Shown piece by piece: positions 49,913-60,924 of a stretch of DNA of 64,000 bases. Position 1 is the stretch's first letter. Every line of letters starts with the position of its first letter. The stretch comes from Actinomycetota bacterium (GTDB lineage Bacteria; Actinomycetota; Thermoleophilia; BMS3ABIN01), in NCBI GenBank assembly GCA_016235065.1, contig JACRMB010000010.1:6281-70280 (forward strand). Direction: 5' to 3'. The position numbers were made by a program, and so were the translations under genes. The notes beneath the pieces were generated by a model. The model was not told the origin of the DNA and did not search any database. It saw only the letters and a list, made by a program, of their open reading frames with translations.

Positions 49913-50971
49913 TCAGCTATTGCTGACCCGCTCGGCCACCAGGTCGCCGATCTCGGTGGTGGAATATCCCGTCCTGCCCACGGCCAGGCTCTCGAGCTTG
50001 TTGGCGGTGACGTCCGAGATCGCTGCTTCCACGGCGGCACCGGCTTCGTTCTCGCCGAGGAACTCCAGCATCATCTGCACGGCGCCGATAGCGGCCAGCG
50101 GATTGATGACGTTCTGACCCGTATATTTCGGGGCCGACCCGCCGATGGGCTCGAACATGGAGACCCCGTCGGGGTTGATGTTTCCGCCAGCGGCGATACC
50201 CATCCCGCCCTGGATCATGGCGCCCAGGTCGGTGATGATGTCGCCGAAGATGTTATCGGTGACGATCACATCGAACCACTCGGGATTCTTGATGAACCAC
50301 ATGCAGATGGCGTCCACATGGGCATAATCGGTGGTTATTTCCGGATAGTCCTGAGCGGTCTCGGTAAAGGTCCGCTGCCACAGGTCCTGAGAATAGTTGA
50401 GCACGTTGGTCTTGCCGCACATGGTCAGCTTGTTCTCCTTGCCGCGCTTCTTGCAATAATCGAACGCATAGCGGATGCAGCGCTCGACGCCCTTACGGGT
50501 GTTGATGCTCTCCTGGATGGCCACCTCGTCCGGCTTCCCTTTTTTCAGGAAACCGCCGGCGCCCACATAGAGGCCCTCGGTGTTCTCACGCACCACCACG
50601 AAATCGATATCCTCGGGCCCCTTGTCCTTGACCGGCGTCTCCACTCCCGGGAACAGCTTGACCGGACGCAGGTTGATGTACTGGTCCAGCTCGAAGCGGG
50701 CCTTAAGCAGGATGCCCTGCTCGAGGATCCCAGGCTTCACATCGGGATGCCCGATGGCGCCCAGGAAGATCGCGTCGTGGCCCTTCAGTTCGTCGACCGC
50801 CGAATCCGGCAGCGTCTCTCCGGTCTTCAGATAGCGGTCGCCACCAAAATCATAATCCGTGGTCTCATACTCGAAGCCAAAGCGCCCGGCTGCGGCCTTG
50901 AGCACCTTCAATCCTTCCAGCACTACCTCCGGTCCCGTTCCATCGCCGGGCATGACAGCTATGTTATGCAT
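49913..50971 (-). CDS. leuB: 3-isopropylmalate dehydrogenase
   Basis: [24 protein letters not shown] and EPIGGSAP. Start moved to ATG 50971. Confidence 0.93.
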   Translation of the reverse strand: MHNIAVMPGDGTGPEVVLEGLKVLKAAAGRFGFEYETTDYDFGGDRYLKTGETLPDSAVDELKGHDAIFLGAIGHPDVKPGILEQGILLKARFELDQYINLRPVKLFPGVETPVKDKGPEDIDFVVVRENTEGLYVGAGGFLKKGKPDEVAIQESINTRKGVERCIRYAFDYCKKRGKENKLTMCGKTNVLNYSQDLWQRTFTETAQDYPEITTDYAHVDAICMWFIKNPEWFDVIVTDNIFGDIITDLGAMIQGGMGIAAGGNINPDGVSMFEPIGGSAPKYTGQNVINPLAAIGAVQMMLEFLGENEAGAAVEAAISDVTANKLESLAVGRTGYSTTEIGDLVAERVSNS

Positions 50972-51473
50972 TGGTTTCTCCGCCTTGCGTTCGTTTTTTG
51001 ACATGTGCCATCAGGCCGCCCGCAGTGACTATCTCCTGCATGAAATCAGGGAAGCGGTCCGCCTGGTATACCTTGTCCCTTGTCAGGTTCGCGACCTCAC
51101 CCTTGTCCAGGTCGACTCGCAGCCGGTCGCCGGCCTGAACGTCGCCCGCCGCTTCCGGACATACCAGGATCGGCAGCCCGATGTTGATCGCGTTGCGATA
51201 GAAGATGCGCGCGAAAGACGCAGCCACCACGCAGGATACGCCAGCAGCCTTGATCGCCACCGGAGCCTGCTCCCTCGATGAACCGCAACCGAAGTTCTCC
51301 TCGGCTACGATGATGTCGCCCGGCTGCACGCGGTCGATGAAGTCCTTGTCGATGTCCTCCATGCAATGTGCGGCCAGCTCGTCCGGATCGTGCGTGTTCA
51401 GATAACGCGCCGGGATGATGACGTCGGTATCGACGTCGCGCCCATACTTGAAGGCTGTACCCTCGAAGATCAT
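50964..51473 (-). CDS. leuD: 3-isopropylmalate dehydratase small subunit
   Basis: DTDVIIP, NFGCGSSRE and FARIFYRN. Confidence 0.96.
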   Translation of the reverse strand: MIFEGTAFKYGRDVDTDVIIPARYLNTHDPDELAAHCMEDIDKDFIDRVQPGDIIVAEENFGCGSSREQAPVAIKAAGVSCVVAASFARIFYRNAINIGLPILVCPEAAGDVQAGDRLRVDLDKGEVANLTRDKVYQADRFPDFMQEIVTAGGLMAHVKKRTQGGETNA

Positions 51474-51541
51474 GCTGACACCTCCTCAACCATTCTGGCT
51501 ACCGTACCAGCACGTCTCCCGGCTCTGGCCTCATGGATCAT
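51470..51541 (-). CDS. 23-aa mini-ORF coupled between leuC and leuD
   Basis: [23 protein letters not shown], with ATGA overlaps at both ends and a GAGGAGG RBS. Confidence 0.5.
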   Translation of the reverse strand: MIHEARAGRRAGTVARMVEEVSA

Positions 51542-52809
51542 GCCAGCACCTCCTCAGGGACCGCGACAGTTCCGGCGATCGCCGTAGCCGCGGCCACATA
51601 CGGCCCGGTCAGATACACTTCACTCTCCGTATGACCCATGCGGCCCACGAAGTTACGGTTCGTAGTGGAGACACACCGCTCACCGGCGGCCAGGATACCC
51701 ATATGCCCTCCCAGGCAGGGACCGCAGGTCGGCGTACTCACAGCGACCTCGGCCTCGATGAACGTATCGATCAGGCCTTCCTTCATGGCCTGCTGATAAA
51801 CCAGCTGGCTCCCCGGGAAGACCAGGGCGCGCACGTCCGGATGCACCTTGCGGCCCTTCAGCACCTCGGCCGCCATCCGCAGGTCCTCGATGCGCCCGTT
51901 GGTGCACGAACCGATCACGACCTGGTCGATCTTCAGCGCAGACAGCTCGGTCGCCGGTACCGTGTTTGACGGCAGATGCGGTTTGGCCACCTGCGGCTCG
52001 ATCGAACTCACATCTATATCGATCACGCGTGTATACTCCGCGTCCTCGTCGCTATTCATCATCACCGGCTCGCGCAGAGCGCGGCCGCGGCAGTATTCCT
52101 CAGTAGTCGCATCCGGCTCGACGATACCGTTCTTGCCGCCGGCCTCGATGGCCATGTTGCACATGGTGAAACGGCCATCCATCGACAGTGCTCTGATGGC
52201 GCCGCCGCCGAACTCCATGGCTTCATACAGGGCGCCATCGACTCCAGTCAGCCCGATCGTATACAGGATGTAATCCTTGCCGGTCACATAGCGGCCAGGC
52301 TCACCCTCGTAATTGAACCTGATCGTCTCCGGCACCCGCAGCCACACCTCGCCGGTAGCCATGCCAGCCGCCAGGTCGGTGCTGCCGACGCCGGTGGCGA
52401 AAGCCCCCAGAGCTCCATAGGTGCAGGTATGCGAGTCGGCGCCGATGACCACGTCACCGGGCACCACCAGCCCCTTCTCCGGCAGGATCACATGCTCGAT
52501 GCCCATGCGCCCCACGTCGAAGAAATTAGTCAGGCCCTGCCGCCGCGCGAACTCGCGCACCAGCTTCGCCTGCTCTGCCGACTTGATGTCCTTGTTAGGA
52601 ACGAAATGGTCGCAGACCAGCACGACCTTCTCCTGGTCCCAGACCTTCGTCATCCCCGCCGCCTCGAACTCCTTGATGGCCAGCGGCGCCGTGATGTCGT
52701 TAGCCAACGCCAGATCCAGCCGGGCGTTGACGAAATCGCCCGCCTGCACGCTTTCCTGGCCGCAGGCGCGAGCCAGTATTTTTTCCGTGATAGTCATTGG
52801 TCCTGCCAT
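51538..52809 (-). CDS. leuC: 3-isopropylmalate dehydratase large subunit
   Basis: DSHTCT, GSCTNGR, CGPCLG and NRNFVGRMG. Confidence 0.96.
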   Translation of the reverse strand: MAGPMTITEKILARACGQESVQAGDFVNARLDLALANDITAPLAIKEFEAAGMTKVWDQEKVVLVCDHFVPNKDIKSAEQAKLVREFARRQGLTNFFDVGRMGIEHVILPEKGLVVPGDVVIGADSHTCTYGALGAFATGVGSTDLAAGMATGEVWLRVPETIRFNYEGEPGRYVTGKDYILYTIGLTGVDGALYEAMEFGGGAIRALSMDGRFTMCNMAIEAGGKNGIVEPDATTEEYCRGRALREPVMMNSDEDAEYTRVIDIDVSSIEPQVAKPHLPSNTVPATELSALKIDQVVIGSCTNGRIEDLRMAAEVLKGRKVHPDVRALVFPGSQLVYQQAMKEGLIDTFIEAEVAVSTPTCGPCLGGHMGILAAGERCVSTTNRNFVGRMGHTESEVYLTGPYVAAATAIAGTVAVPEEVLA

Positions 52810-54330
52810 CTATTTCACCGCCCCGGCTCTGTATGCATTATTTAACGCCCGGACATATGCTTTTGCGCTTGCTTCCACCACGTCGATGGAGAGCGCCGTG
52901 CCCGCGTACGCCTTGCCTTCCACTTCCACAACCACGCGCACCTCTCCGAGGGAGTCCTTGCCCTCGGTGACGGAACGCACCTGGTAGTCTTTCAGCTTGC
53001 CCTTCGTGCCCACCGCGTCATCGATCGCCTTGAAGATGGACTCCATGGAACCACCGGAGAAGCTCTTGCCCAACAGCTCCTCCCCTTCCTTTTCGATGAT
53101 GACCTGGCAAGTGGGTACGAACTCCGAGCTTGAAGTCACTTCATACGATTTCAGCTCATATATATCCGTCTGCCCACGAACCTCTTCGCCGACCAGCGCT
53201 TCCAGGTCAGCCGCCGTGATCTGCTTCTTCTTGTCAGCCACTTTCTTGAAGTGGACGAACGCCTGATTCAGCTCTTCCTCGGAGAGCGACATCCCCAGCT
53301 CTTCCATCGCCGCCTTCAGCGCGTGCCGGCCTGAGTGCTTGCCCAGCACGATATCGCTGGAACCGCGGCCGACGCTCTCGGCGTTCATGATCTCGTAAGT
53401 CGTGCGTTCCTTGAGCACGCCGTCCTGGTGTATTCCCGACTCATGGGCGAAGGCATTCTTGCCCACGATCGCCTTGTTGGGCTGCACGTCATAGCCGGTC
53501 AGCTGGCTGACCAGGCGGCTGGTCCTGGAAATCTCACGGGTGTTCACACCCGTGACCCGGCCCAGGGAACCGCGCCGCGTCTCCAGGATCATCACGATCT
53601 CCTCCAGCGAGGCGTTACCCGCGCGCTCTCCCAGTCCGTTGATGGCGCACTCTACCTGCGAAGCGCCGGCTTCGACCGCCGCCAGCGAATTGGCTACTGC
53701 CAGTCCCAGGTCGTTGTGGCAGTGGACGCTTACGACTACATCCTTCAGGCCGGGGACACGATCGTACTGACCCCGGATGAAGTCGCCGAACTCGGACGGG
53801 ATAGCATAACCCACCGTATCGGGGATGTTAATCGTCTTCGCGCCCTCGTCGATGGCAGCCTGCAGCACCGCTGCCAGGTAGTCGGGGTCGCTGCGGGTGG
53901 CGTCCATGGCTGAGAACTCCACGTCATCGCAAAGGCTCACGGCCAGGGCTACCATCTTCCTGGCCGCCTCGAGCACCTCTTCACGCGACTTGCGCAACTG
54001 ATGCTCCAGGTGCACGTCACTGGTTGAGATGAAAGTATGGATGCGTGGCTGCTCAGCTTCCCTGATCGCATCCCACGCAGTGGTTATGTCTTTTTCGATG
54101 GCCCGCGCCAGGGCACAGACTGTGACTCCGGAAACACTCCGGGCGATCTTCTGCACGCCCTCGAAATCACCCGGCGACGATATGGGGAATCCGGCCTCGA
54201 TGACATCGACTCCCAGCCTCGCCAGCTGCTCGGCTATCTCCACTTTTTCGAAGGAATTGAGGCTGATACCCGGTGACTGCTCACCGTCACGCAGGGTGGT
54301 ATCGAATATGTATACACGTTGTTGGTCCAT
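52810..54330 (-). CDS. leuA: 2-isopropylmalate synthase
   Basis: [25 protein letters not shown] and HESGIHQDG. Confidence 0.97.
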   Translation of the reverse strand: MDQQRVYIFDTTLRDGEQSPGISLNSFEKVEIAEQLARLGVDVIEAGFPISSPGDFEGVQKIARSVSGVTVCALARAIEKDITTAWDAIREAEQPRIHTFISTSDVHLEHQLRKSREEVLEAARKMVALAVSLCDDVEFSAMDATRSDPDYLAAVLQAAIDEGAKTINIPDTVGYAIPSEFGDFIRGQYDRVPGLKDVVVSVHCHNDLGLAVANSLAAVEAGASQVECAINGLGERAGNASLEEIVMILETRRGSLGRVTGVNTREISRTSRLVSQLTGYDVQPNKAIVGKNAFAHESGIHQDGVLKERTTYEIMNAESVGRGSSDIVLGKHSGRHALKAAMEELGMSLSEEELNQAFVHFKKVADKKKQITAADLEALVGEEVRGQTDIYELKSYEVTSSSEFVPTCQVIIEKEGEELLGKSFSGGSMESIFKAIDDAVGTKGKLKDYQVRSVTEGKDSLGEVRVVVEVEGKAYAGTALSIDVVEASAKAYVRALNNAYRAGAVK

Positions 54331-54402
54331 AGCTTCTCCTAAAACCACTCAGGTTTTGAGTTCAGAAAAAAAAGGTGGCAGGTTTGCCGCACGGGCAAAC
54401 TA

Positions 54403-54531
54403 CTAGATAATCTCCCCCGCCAGGGGGAGGAGAAGCAAACTCAGGAGGGAAGTCGCGGGCAGCACAAAAAAGCCTCCCGCGGGGGAGGCCGGTTCCTGCG
54501 AGACAGGATTGTCCACAAAAACTGAGGCCAT
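54403..54531 (-). CDS. Putative leu operon leader peptide (42 aa)
   Basis: MASVFVDNPVSQEPASPAGGFFVLPATSLLSLLLLPLAGEII*, with 7 Leu in 9 codons. It lies just upstream of leuA and is followed by a stem and T-run. Confidence 0.7.
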   Translation of the reverse strand: MASVFVDNPVSQEPASPAGGFFVLPATSLLSLLLLPLAGEII

Positions 54532-54540
54532 TAGGAAAAC

Positions 54541-54569
54541 ATGATATTGGAGTTCGTGGGAGATTTCAA
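54541..54569 (-). promoter_or_regulatory. Sigma70-type promoter of the leu operon
   Basis: TTGAAA-N17-TATCAT, with the leader ATG 10 nt downstream. Confidence 0.7.
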
Positions 54570-54630
54570 CTGAAGAGCAGTATGAGTCATAACATAAGCA
54601 GGTGCCGGGGGCTTGCGGCCCGCCACTTGC

Positions 54631-56427
54631 TCAGACGGCCTCTCTCAGACTGCTCTTCCCCTCAGATCTTGCAAGGCTGACGAACATCTTCACAAGCCGC
54701 GGGTCAAACTGGGTGCCGGCGCCCTTTTCGAGCTCGGCCAGAGCATCATTCACAGAAAGCGCCTTGCGATAAGGCCTGTCTGAGCGCATGGCCCGGTACG
54801 CGTCCATGATACCGACGATTCGCGCCATCAGCGGGATCTGCTTGCCCTCTAGCCGTTCCGGATAACCCGTGCCATCCCAGCGCTCGTGGTGATATAGAAT
54901 GGCGCTGATCAGTTCCTGAAGCTGCCGGGCCTCCTCAAGGATATGCTGGCCGATCTCCGGATGCTGCTGCACCGCAGCCAGCTCCTGGGGAGAGAGTTTA
55001 TCCTTCTTTGAGAGGATCGCTCCGGGAACACCTATCTTGCCGATATCGTGCAGACGGGTCGCCAGGGCCAGCGCGTCCGCCTGCTCGTCTTCCATTCCCA
55101 GTTCCTTCGCCATCGCGTCGACGATAGCGTTGAGTGACATTGTGTCGCTGACGGAATAATTATCGCTTGCATCCACTGCCTCAGCCAGAGCACGGATAGT
55201 CTGCAGGCTGGCACCCTCCAGGCGACTGTTGAGCCGTTCGATATCGCCTTCCTCGAGCTCCGTCCCTGAGAGGTCCCGGAAATAAGCGACCCGGTTCCGT
55301 CCCCTGCGCTTGGCGAAAAGCAATGCCGAATCGGCTGCCGATATCAGGCTGTCGGCATCGCTGGCACAGTCGGGCATATCAGCGACCCCGAAGCTTGCGG
55401 CAACGATATTCTCCGGCAATTCCACGTCCCTGGCGACATCCTTCATCAGCCCCCTGAGCCTGTCGGCCGTCTCCATGGCTGTACTCGCAGCTGCCTCAGG
55501 CAACAGGACGATAAATTCTTCGCCACCGTATCGGGCCGTATAGCCACCCTCATGGACCTCATTGCGCAGCAGTTTTCCGACCCGCCGCAGCACTTCGTCA
55601 CCCTTCTGGTGACCGTACCGGTCGTTCACTGTCTTGAAATGGTCCAGATCCAGCATGATCATAGAGAGGGGTTTGTGACGGGACTCAGCTCGATCCGCTT
55701 CCCACCTCAGGTGATGCTGAAAATGGGCGTGGTTGCGAAGTCCCGTCAAAAGGTCGGTGTCAGCCATCTCCCGAGCCTGCCTGTGGAGCAGCTCCAGCTC
55801 GGCATACTGGTCCTTCAGTTCTTCGTTGGCGGCCGCCAGCAGTTCTTCTTTCTCACGAACGGCCAGCATCAGGCTGTTGAAGTTCTCGCCGATCTCATCG
55901 ATAGGATTCTGCCCTACCGCATACCGGTAGACTTCGCACTCAGAACAGCCACCCAGCTTCTGGGCGAACCGCCCCTGGACCTCTCCACCACAGTAAGTCC
56001 CCGCTACGAGCCAGCAGCGGACATGCTCCTTTCCGTATGCCGGGCACGATGTCTCACCACAGTCCTTGATCTGCCAGCAGGTCCCGATATTCTCATCTTC
56101 AAAACTGACGTCCCATACCTGTGCCTGCACCGCGTCGTGCGTCAGGCTGGAGAATCTCGATTTTGCCCCTTCGAGCTCTGCTTTTCGCTGCGCCAGCTCC
56201 ATGTTCCTCTGGTAAAGGGTGATCTTCACGAGGTAGTAGCAGAACGCGCCGACAAGAAAACCCGCAACCAGGCAGGCAAACCTGAAATACAGCTTGCGAT
56301 CCGGATCCCAGGTAACAAAGGGGCTTGCGATATATGGAAATACCAGGCCCATGGTCAAACCGAAAGCGATCATGACCATAAAAATACGCCTCATGGATGA
56401 AAGACGCTCCGCGAAAAATCGTATCAT
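54631..56427 (-). CDS. Membrane c-di-GMP enzyme: 2 TM, Cys-rich two-CW domain, GGDEF, HD-GYP
   Basis: CWQIKDC..CPAY..RCWLVAGTYC..CSEC, DLLTGL, RYGGEEF, LHDIGK and HHERWDGTGYP. Confidence 0.92.
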   Translation of the reverse strand: MIRFFAERLSSMRRIFMVMIAFGLTMGLVFPYIASPFVTWDPDRKLYFRFACLVAGFLVGAFCYYLVKITLYQRNMELAQRKAELEGAKSRFSSLTHDAVQAQVWDVSFEDENIGTCWQIKDCGETSCPAYGKEHVRCWLVAGTYCGGEVQGRFAQKLGGCSECEVYRYAVGQNPIDEIGENFNSLMLAVREKEELLAAANEELKDQYAELELLHRQAREMADTDLLTGLRNHAHFQHHLRWEADRAESRHKPLSMIMLDLDHFKTVNDRYGHQKGDEVLRRVGKLLRNEVHEGGYTARYGGEEFIVLLPEAAASTAMETADRLRGLMKDVARDVELPENIVAASFGVADMPDCASDADSLISAADSALLFAKRRGRNRVAYFRDLSGTELEEGDIERLNSRLEGASLQTIRALAEAVDASDNYSVSDTMSLNAIVDAMAKELGMEDEQADALALATRLHDIGKIGVPGAILSKKDKLSPQELAAVQQHPEIGQHILEEARQLQELISAILYHHERWDGTGYPERLEGKQIPLMARIVGIMDAYRAMRSDRPYRKALSVNDALAELEKGAGTQFDPRLVKMFVSLARSEGKSSLREAV

Positions 56428-56455
56428 CTTGCTGCCTCCGACCTTTTCCTGGAAC

Positions 56456-58252
56456 TTAGCCTGCCTGGCGTAATTCCTGATCTTCCCCGCTCTTTACCAG
56501 CTCCACGAATATCTCAACCAGCTGTGGATCGAACTGGGTACCTGCGCCCTTCCGCAACTCTTCCAGTGCGACTACAGGCTTCAAAGCTTTGCGATACGGC
56601 CTGTCGCACAACATAGCCCGGTATGCGTCCATGATTCCTACAATGCGAGCCATGACCGGGATCTGCTCACCTGCCAGCCGCTCCGGATAGCCATTGCCAT
56701 CCCAGCGCTCGTGGTGATAAAGGATCGCCTGGATCAGGTCCTGTATCTGCTCTGCCTCCTGGAGCAGCTTCTGGCCGATCTCGGGATGCAGCTGAACCTG
56801 GGAAAGCTCCTCGGGCGAAAGCTTCTCAGTCTTTCTGAGGATGGAACCCGGGATGCCCACCTTGCCGATATCATGCAGCCTCGTGGCTAGAGCCAGGGCG
56901 TCCGTCTGTTCCTGGTTCATGCCCAGCCGCTCCGCGATAGCTACAGCGACATGCGCCATCCTGGAAGTACTCGCTTCAGAGTAATCGTCGCAGGCATCCA
57001 CGGCTTCGGCTAGGGCTCTAATGGTCTGCAGGCTGGCGCCCTCGAGGCGGCTGTGCAACTTGTCGAGGTCACCATCGCGCAGCTCGGTGTCTGAAAGGTC
57101 ACAGAAATAGGCAACGCGGTTGCGGCCCTTCCTCTTGGCAAACAAAAGGGCAGAATCAGCGGCGGATATAAGACTCTCAGCGTTGCTGGCGCAGTGGGGC
57201 AGATCGGCGACCCCGAAGCTCCCGCCAACAAGGCCGGAAGGCAGATCGACCTCCGCCTCGACGCTACTCATCTCACGCCTCATGTTGTCAGCGATTTCCG
57301 TCGCCCTCTCAGCAGTCATATCTGGCAGCACTAACGCGAACTCCTCCCCGCCATAACGCGCCGAGTAGCCCGTCCCACGCACACTGTTACGGATGAGCTT
57401 TCCCACGCGCTGAAGGACTTCATCGCCCTTCTGATGGCCGAAATGATCATTGACGTCCTTGAAGTGGTCGAGGTCCAGCATGATCAATGAAAGCGGCCTG
57501 CTGTATCGCTGGGCCCGCTCCACTTCCCACTGGAGATGCCGCTGGAAGTGGGCGTGGTTTCTCAGACCTGTAAGCATATCCGTATCAGCCATCTCCCGAG
57601 CCTGCTTATGCATCAGCTCGAGCTCTGTATACTGCTTCTGCATCTCGGCATTGGTGTCGCTCAGAAGATCTTCCTTCTCGCGCAGCGCCCACATGAGGCT
57701 GTTGAAATTCTCACCTATCTCGTTGATCGGATCGCGGCTGACAGATACCTGGTATATCTCACATTTTGCGCAATCCCCGAGCTTCTGGGCAAAATGTCCC
57801 TGGACCTCTCCGCGGCAAAAAGTACCGGCGATCAGCCAGCAGCGTACGTGCTGCCTGCCATAGGACGGGCAGTCCTCGGATTTGCAGCCTTTGACCTCCC
57901 AGCAGGTGGGAATGGAAGGATCCTTGAAACTCACGTTCCAGTCTTTTTTGGTGATAGCGTCGTGGGTCAGCGTGGAGAACTTGGTCTTGGCTTCAAACAG
58001 CATGCTCGACTGGTGGTGGATTTGATCAGATTCCCGGCCGATGACAAAGGCTGCGGTCCCACCCAGAACAGGCGCTACGAGGATATGCATGGCTTCATAA
58101 TCCGCGCCATACCGCATTTCCACAATATATGCGAAAAGGGCATACACAAAGCCCGCAGCAGCCCCGGCGATGCCGTAGTTCAAGGCCTTTCGACTGTGGT
58201 TTGTTGCCCTCACGACCGCCCTGTCAGTGGAAGAAACAGCTAAAGCTCCCAT
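56456..58252 (-). CDS. Paralog: 2 TM, Cys-rich two-CW domain, GGDEF, HD-GYP
   Basis: CWEVKGC..CPSY..RCWLIAGTFC..CAKC, RYGGEEF, LHDIGK and HHERWDGNGYP. Start uncertain. Confidence 0.92.
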   Translation of the reverse strand: MGALAVSSTDRAVVRATNHSRKALNYGIAGAAAGFVYALFAYIVEMRYGADYEAMHILVAPVLGGTAAFVIGRESDQIHHQSSMLFEAKTKFSTLTHDAITKKDWNVSFKDPSIPTCWEVKGCKSEDCPSYGRQHVRCWLIAGTFCRGEVQGHFAQKLGDCAKCEIYQVSVSRDPINEIGENFNSLMWALREKEDLLSDTNAEMQKQYTELELMHKQAREMADTDMLTGLRNHAHFQRHLQWEVERAQRYSRPLSLIMLDLDHFKDVNDHFGHQKGDEVLQRVGKLIRNSVRGTGYSARYGGEEFALVLPDMTAERATEIADNMRREMSSVEAEVDLPSGLVGGSFGVADLPHCASNAESLISAADSALLFAKRKGRNRVAYFCDLSDTELRDGDLDKLHSRLEGASLQTIRALAEAVDACDDYSEASTSRMAHVAVAIAERLGMNQEQTDALALATRLHDIGKVGIPGSILRKTEKLSPEELSQVQLHPEIGQKLLQEAEQIQDLIQAILYHHERWDGNGYPERLAGEQIPVMARIVGIMDAYRAMLCDRPYRKALKPVVALEELRKGAGTQFDPQLVEIFVELVKSGEDQELRQAG

Positions 58253-58405
58253 CGGTCCCGGATGAACAAACTTTAAATAGCCCTTCTTTATTTGAAGGGG
58301 TTCCACGGAAAGGGTTGAAACAACTACCTGTGGGCTTTTTGAAGCCCGGTAAATACGGTGATTATCCATGATTCGAGCCTGGATAGCGGAAATGGAGTCT
58401 TACTG

Positions 58406-59530
58406 ATGTACAGACTTGTCTTTTCACGAAAAAGCATACAGATAACAGGCGTTGGCGGAAGGCTGGCAGCCTGTATGTTCCTGCTTGCCCTCTTCCTCGC
58501 CGGCAGTACTGCCCTGGCGCAATCAGATGTCGCTTCCCGACAGGCGGAAGTGGATCGCATCAGAGCCGAAGTCGCTTCCATAAACCAGGCTGCCGAGCAG
58601 GCTATAGAACGATACAACCAGGCCAACTCGGAGCTTGAGGAGACCCGCCGCCAGATAGCCGAGAATGAGAAAGCCCTGGCAGATGCGACGGTCAAGCTGA
58701 CCGAAGCCCAGCTGCGCCTGGACAAGCGCCTCGAGAACATCTACCGCCAGGGCTCGCTCAGCTTCATGGATGTGATGCTCAACACGAGTTCTTTCAACGA
58801 GTTTCTGTCGAGATTCGACCTGCTTGGCAAGATCGGGGCCCAGGACAAGACCGACGTCGAAGAGGTCCTGAGCCTGAAAGCAGTGACAGAGCAGGCGAGG
58901 GCCGATCTCGACCGCACCAGTCTGCGTCAGGAAGAGCTCCTGAACGCCGTCAACGGTGAGAAGTCCGAGATCGAAGCACAGCTCTCGGCGCGCCAGTCCG
59001 TTCTTTCCAGCGCTGAAGGGGAAGTAGCCCAGATGCTGGCCCAGCAGCAGGCTGCGGAACAACAGTCCCAGGCGGTCTACCAGCCCGCAGGTGGCGCTGT
59101 CGCAACAGATCCCGGCGCAGAAGACTCACCGTCAGGCGAACCTGCCCCCGTGGAAGATCCCGGATATTCCGATCCACCGCCGCCCACGAGCGGTGACGCG
59201 GCATCAATAGCCATGGGCTACCTTGGTGTCCCATATGTGTGGGGCGGCGCCTCACCTGCTGGCTTCGACTGTTCAGGACTGGTCATGTATGTATATGCCC
59301 AGCTCGGCATCTACCTGCCTCATTCGGCATCGGCACAGTACTATTCCGGAACGCCGATCAGCTACTCGGAACTGGCGCCTGGTGACCTCGTGTTCTTCGG
59401 CAGCCCCATAGGGCACGTGGGCATCTACATCGGCGGTGGCAGCATGATCCATGCCCCGTTCGAAGGCCAGGTTGTCTCTATTACTGGTGTCAGCGGCGGC
59501 GGCACTTATTCCGGAGCCTGCAGGCTTTAG
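58406..59530 (+). CDS. Secreted coiled-coil NlpC/P60 peptidoglycan endopeptidase
   Basis: Signal peptide, coiled coil, GVPYVWGG, FDCSGL and GHVGIY. Confidence 0.93.
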   Translation: MYRLVFSRKSIQITGVGGRLAACMFLLALFLAGSTALAQSDVASRQAEVDRIRAEVASINQAAEQAIERYNQANSELEETRRQIAENEKALADATVKLTEAQLRLDKRLENIYRQGSLSFMDVMLNTSSFNEFLSRFDLLGKIGAQDKTDVEEVLSLKAVTEQARADLDRTSLRQEELLNAVNGEKSEIEAQLSARQSVLSSAEGEVAQMLAQQQAAEQQSQAVYQPAGGAVATDPGAEDSPSGEPAPVEDPGYSDPPPPTSGDAASIAMGYLGVPYVWGGASPAGFDCSGLVMYVYAQLGIYLPHSASAQYYSGTPISYSELAPGDLVFFGSPIGHVGIYIGGGSMIHAPFEGQVVSITGVSGGGTYSGACRL

Positions 59531-59622
59531 CTTCCCTCTCCACCGTTCTCCTGATAACATTTGGCGTCGGCGTTCCACCAGGATGCCGACGCTGAAATTT
59601 CGGCCATGGGAGAAATCTGTCA

Positions 59623-60924
59623 ATGTCTGATCCCGCTGCAAAAAGAATATCCATCGGCCTGCTCGGTTACGGCACGGTCGGCTCCAGCGTATATAGTCTG
59701 ATAAACGATCAGGCACTGGAGATCGCCCGCACCACCGGAGCTACTGTTGCCGTCAAGAAGATCCTCGTACGCGATATATCTGTCCCGCGACAGGACGCAC
59801 CGGCTGAGATCTTCACCGATGATTACGAAGACATCATCAATGATCCTGAGATCAACACGATCGTGGAGCTTATCGGCGGCATCGAGCCGGCTTTCGACTA
59901 CATCACCAGCGCCCTCGAAAAGGGCAAGTCTGTCGTCACAGCTAACAAACAACTCCTCTCACAGAAGGGTTTCTATCTTTTCCGTCTGGCCCGGGAAAAA
60001 GGGACTCAAATAAGATTTGAAGCCAGTGTGGCCGGAGCCATACCCGTCATCAAGGTGCTGCGCGAATCTATGGTCGCCGCGGACCTGACCAGCGTCTACG
60101 GGATCGTCAATGGAACCACTAATTTTATCCTGACAGAGATGAGCCGCACCGGTGCCAAATATCAGGACGCCCTGGCGAATGCTCAGGAATGGGGTTACGC
60201 CGAATCTGATCCGACCGAGGATATAAGCGGCAAGGACGCCGCCGCCAAGATGGCGATCCTGGCTTCCATCGCTTTCCACACAGTCGTCGACCTCGACGAT
60301 GTGGCCTGCATCGGCATCGAGGGTATCAGTTCCCTCGACATCTCTTACGCCCGCAGCCTGGACATGTCCGTAAAACTCCTGGGAGTCGCGAAGCTATACG
60401 ATGACAGGATCAACGTGAGGGTTTATCCAGCACTGCTCAAGAAAGACCATCCGCTTGCCTCGGTCAGCGGCGCCTACAATGCCGTATTCCTCAAGGGCAA
60501 TTCGATCGATGAGATCATGCTTTCCGGTCCAGGAGCAGGCGGTATCGAGACCGCCTCCGCCGTCGTCGGCGACATCGTCTCCATAATCGCCAGGGAAAAG
60601 CCGGGTATGCTCGAGGAGATCTCCGCCTGGCGCGAGCTCGAGTTCTATCCCGACGACGAGGTCGTATCGAAATTCTACCTGCGCCTCGAGGTGAACGATG
60701 AACCTGGCGTCCTTGCCACAATCGCGCAGATCTTCGGCAAGCACGACGTCAGCGTGGAGAGCGTCATCCAGCAGGGGCGTGGAGACCACGCCGAACTGGT
60801 GATGGTGTTCCATCCAGTCAAGGAAGCTAGCTTCAGGAGTGCTCTCGAGCAGATTGCCGAGCTTCCCGAGGTCAAGTCACAGCCGAGGCCGATCAGGGTC
60901 GAAGGAGACGGCTATGAGCAGTGA
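59623..60924 (+). CDS. hom: Homoserine dehydrogenase with ACT domain
   Basis: GYGTVG, TANK, NGTTN, GPGAG and a C-terminal ACT domain. Confidence 0.96.
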   Translation: MSDPAAKRISIGLLGYGTVGSSVYSLINDQALEIARTTGATVAVKKILVRDISVPRQDAPAEIFTDDYEDIINDPEINTIVELIGGIEPAFDYITSALEKGKSVVTANKQLLSQKGFYLFRLAREKGTQIRFEASVAGAIPVIKVLRESMVAADLTSVYGIVNGTTNFILTEMSRTGAKYQDALANAQEWGYAESDPTEDISGKDAAAKMAILASIAFHTVVDLDDVACIGIEGISSLDISYARSLDMSVKLLGVAKLYDDRINVRVYPALLKKDHPLASVSGAYNAVFLKGNSIDEIMLSGPGAGGIETASAVVGDIVSIIAREKPGMLEEISAWRELEFYPDDEVVSKFYLRLEVNDEPGVLATIAQIFGKHDVSVESVIQQGRGDHAELVMVFHPVKEASFRSALEQIAELPEVKSQPRPIRVEGDGYEQ

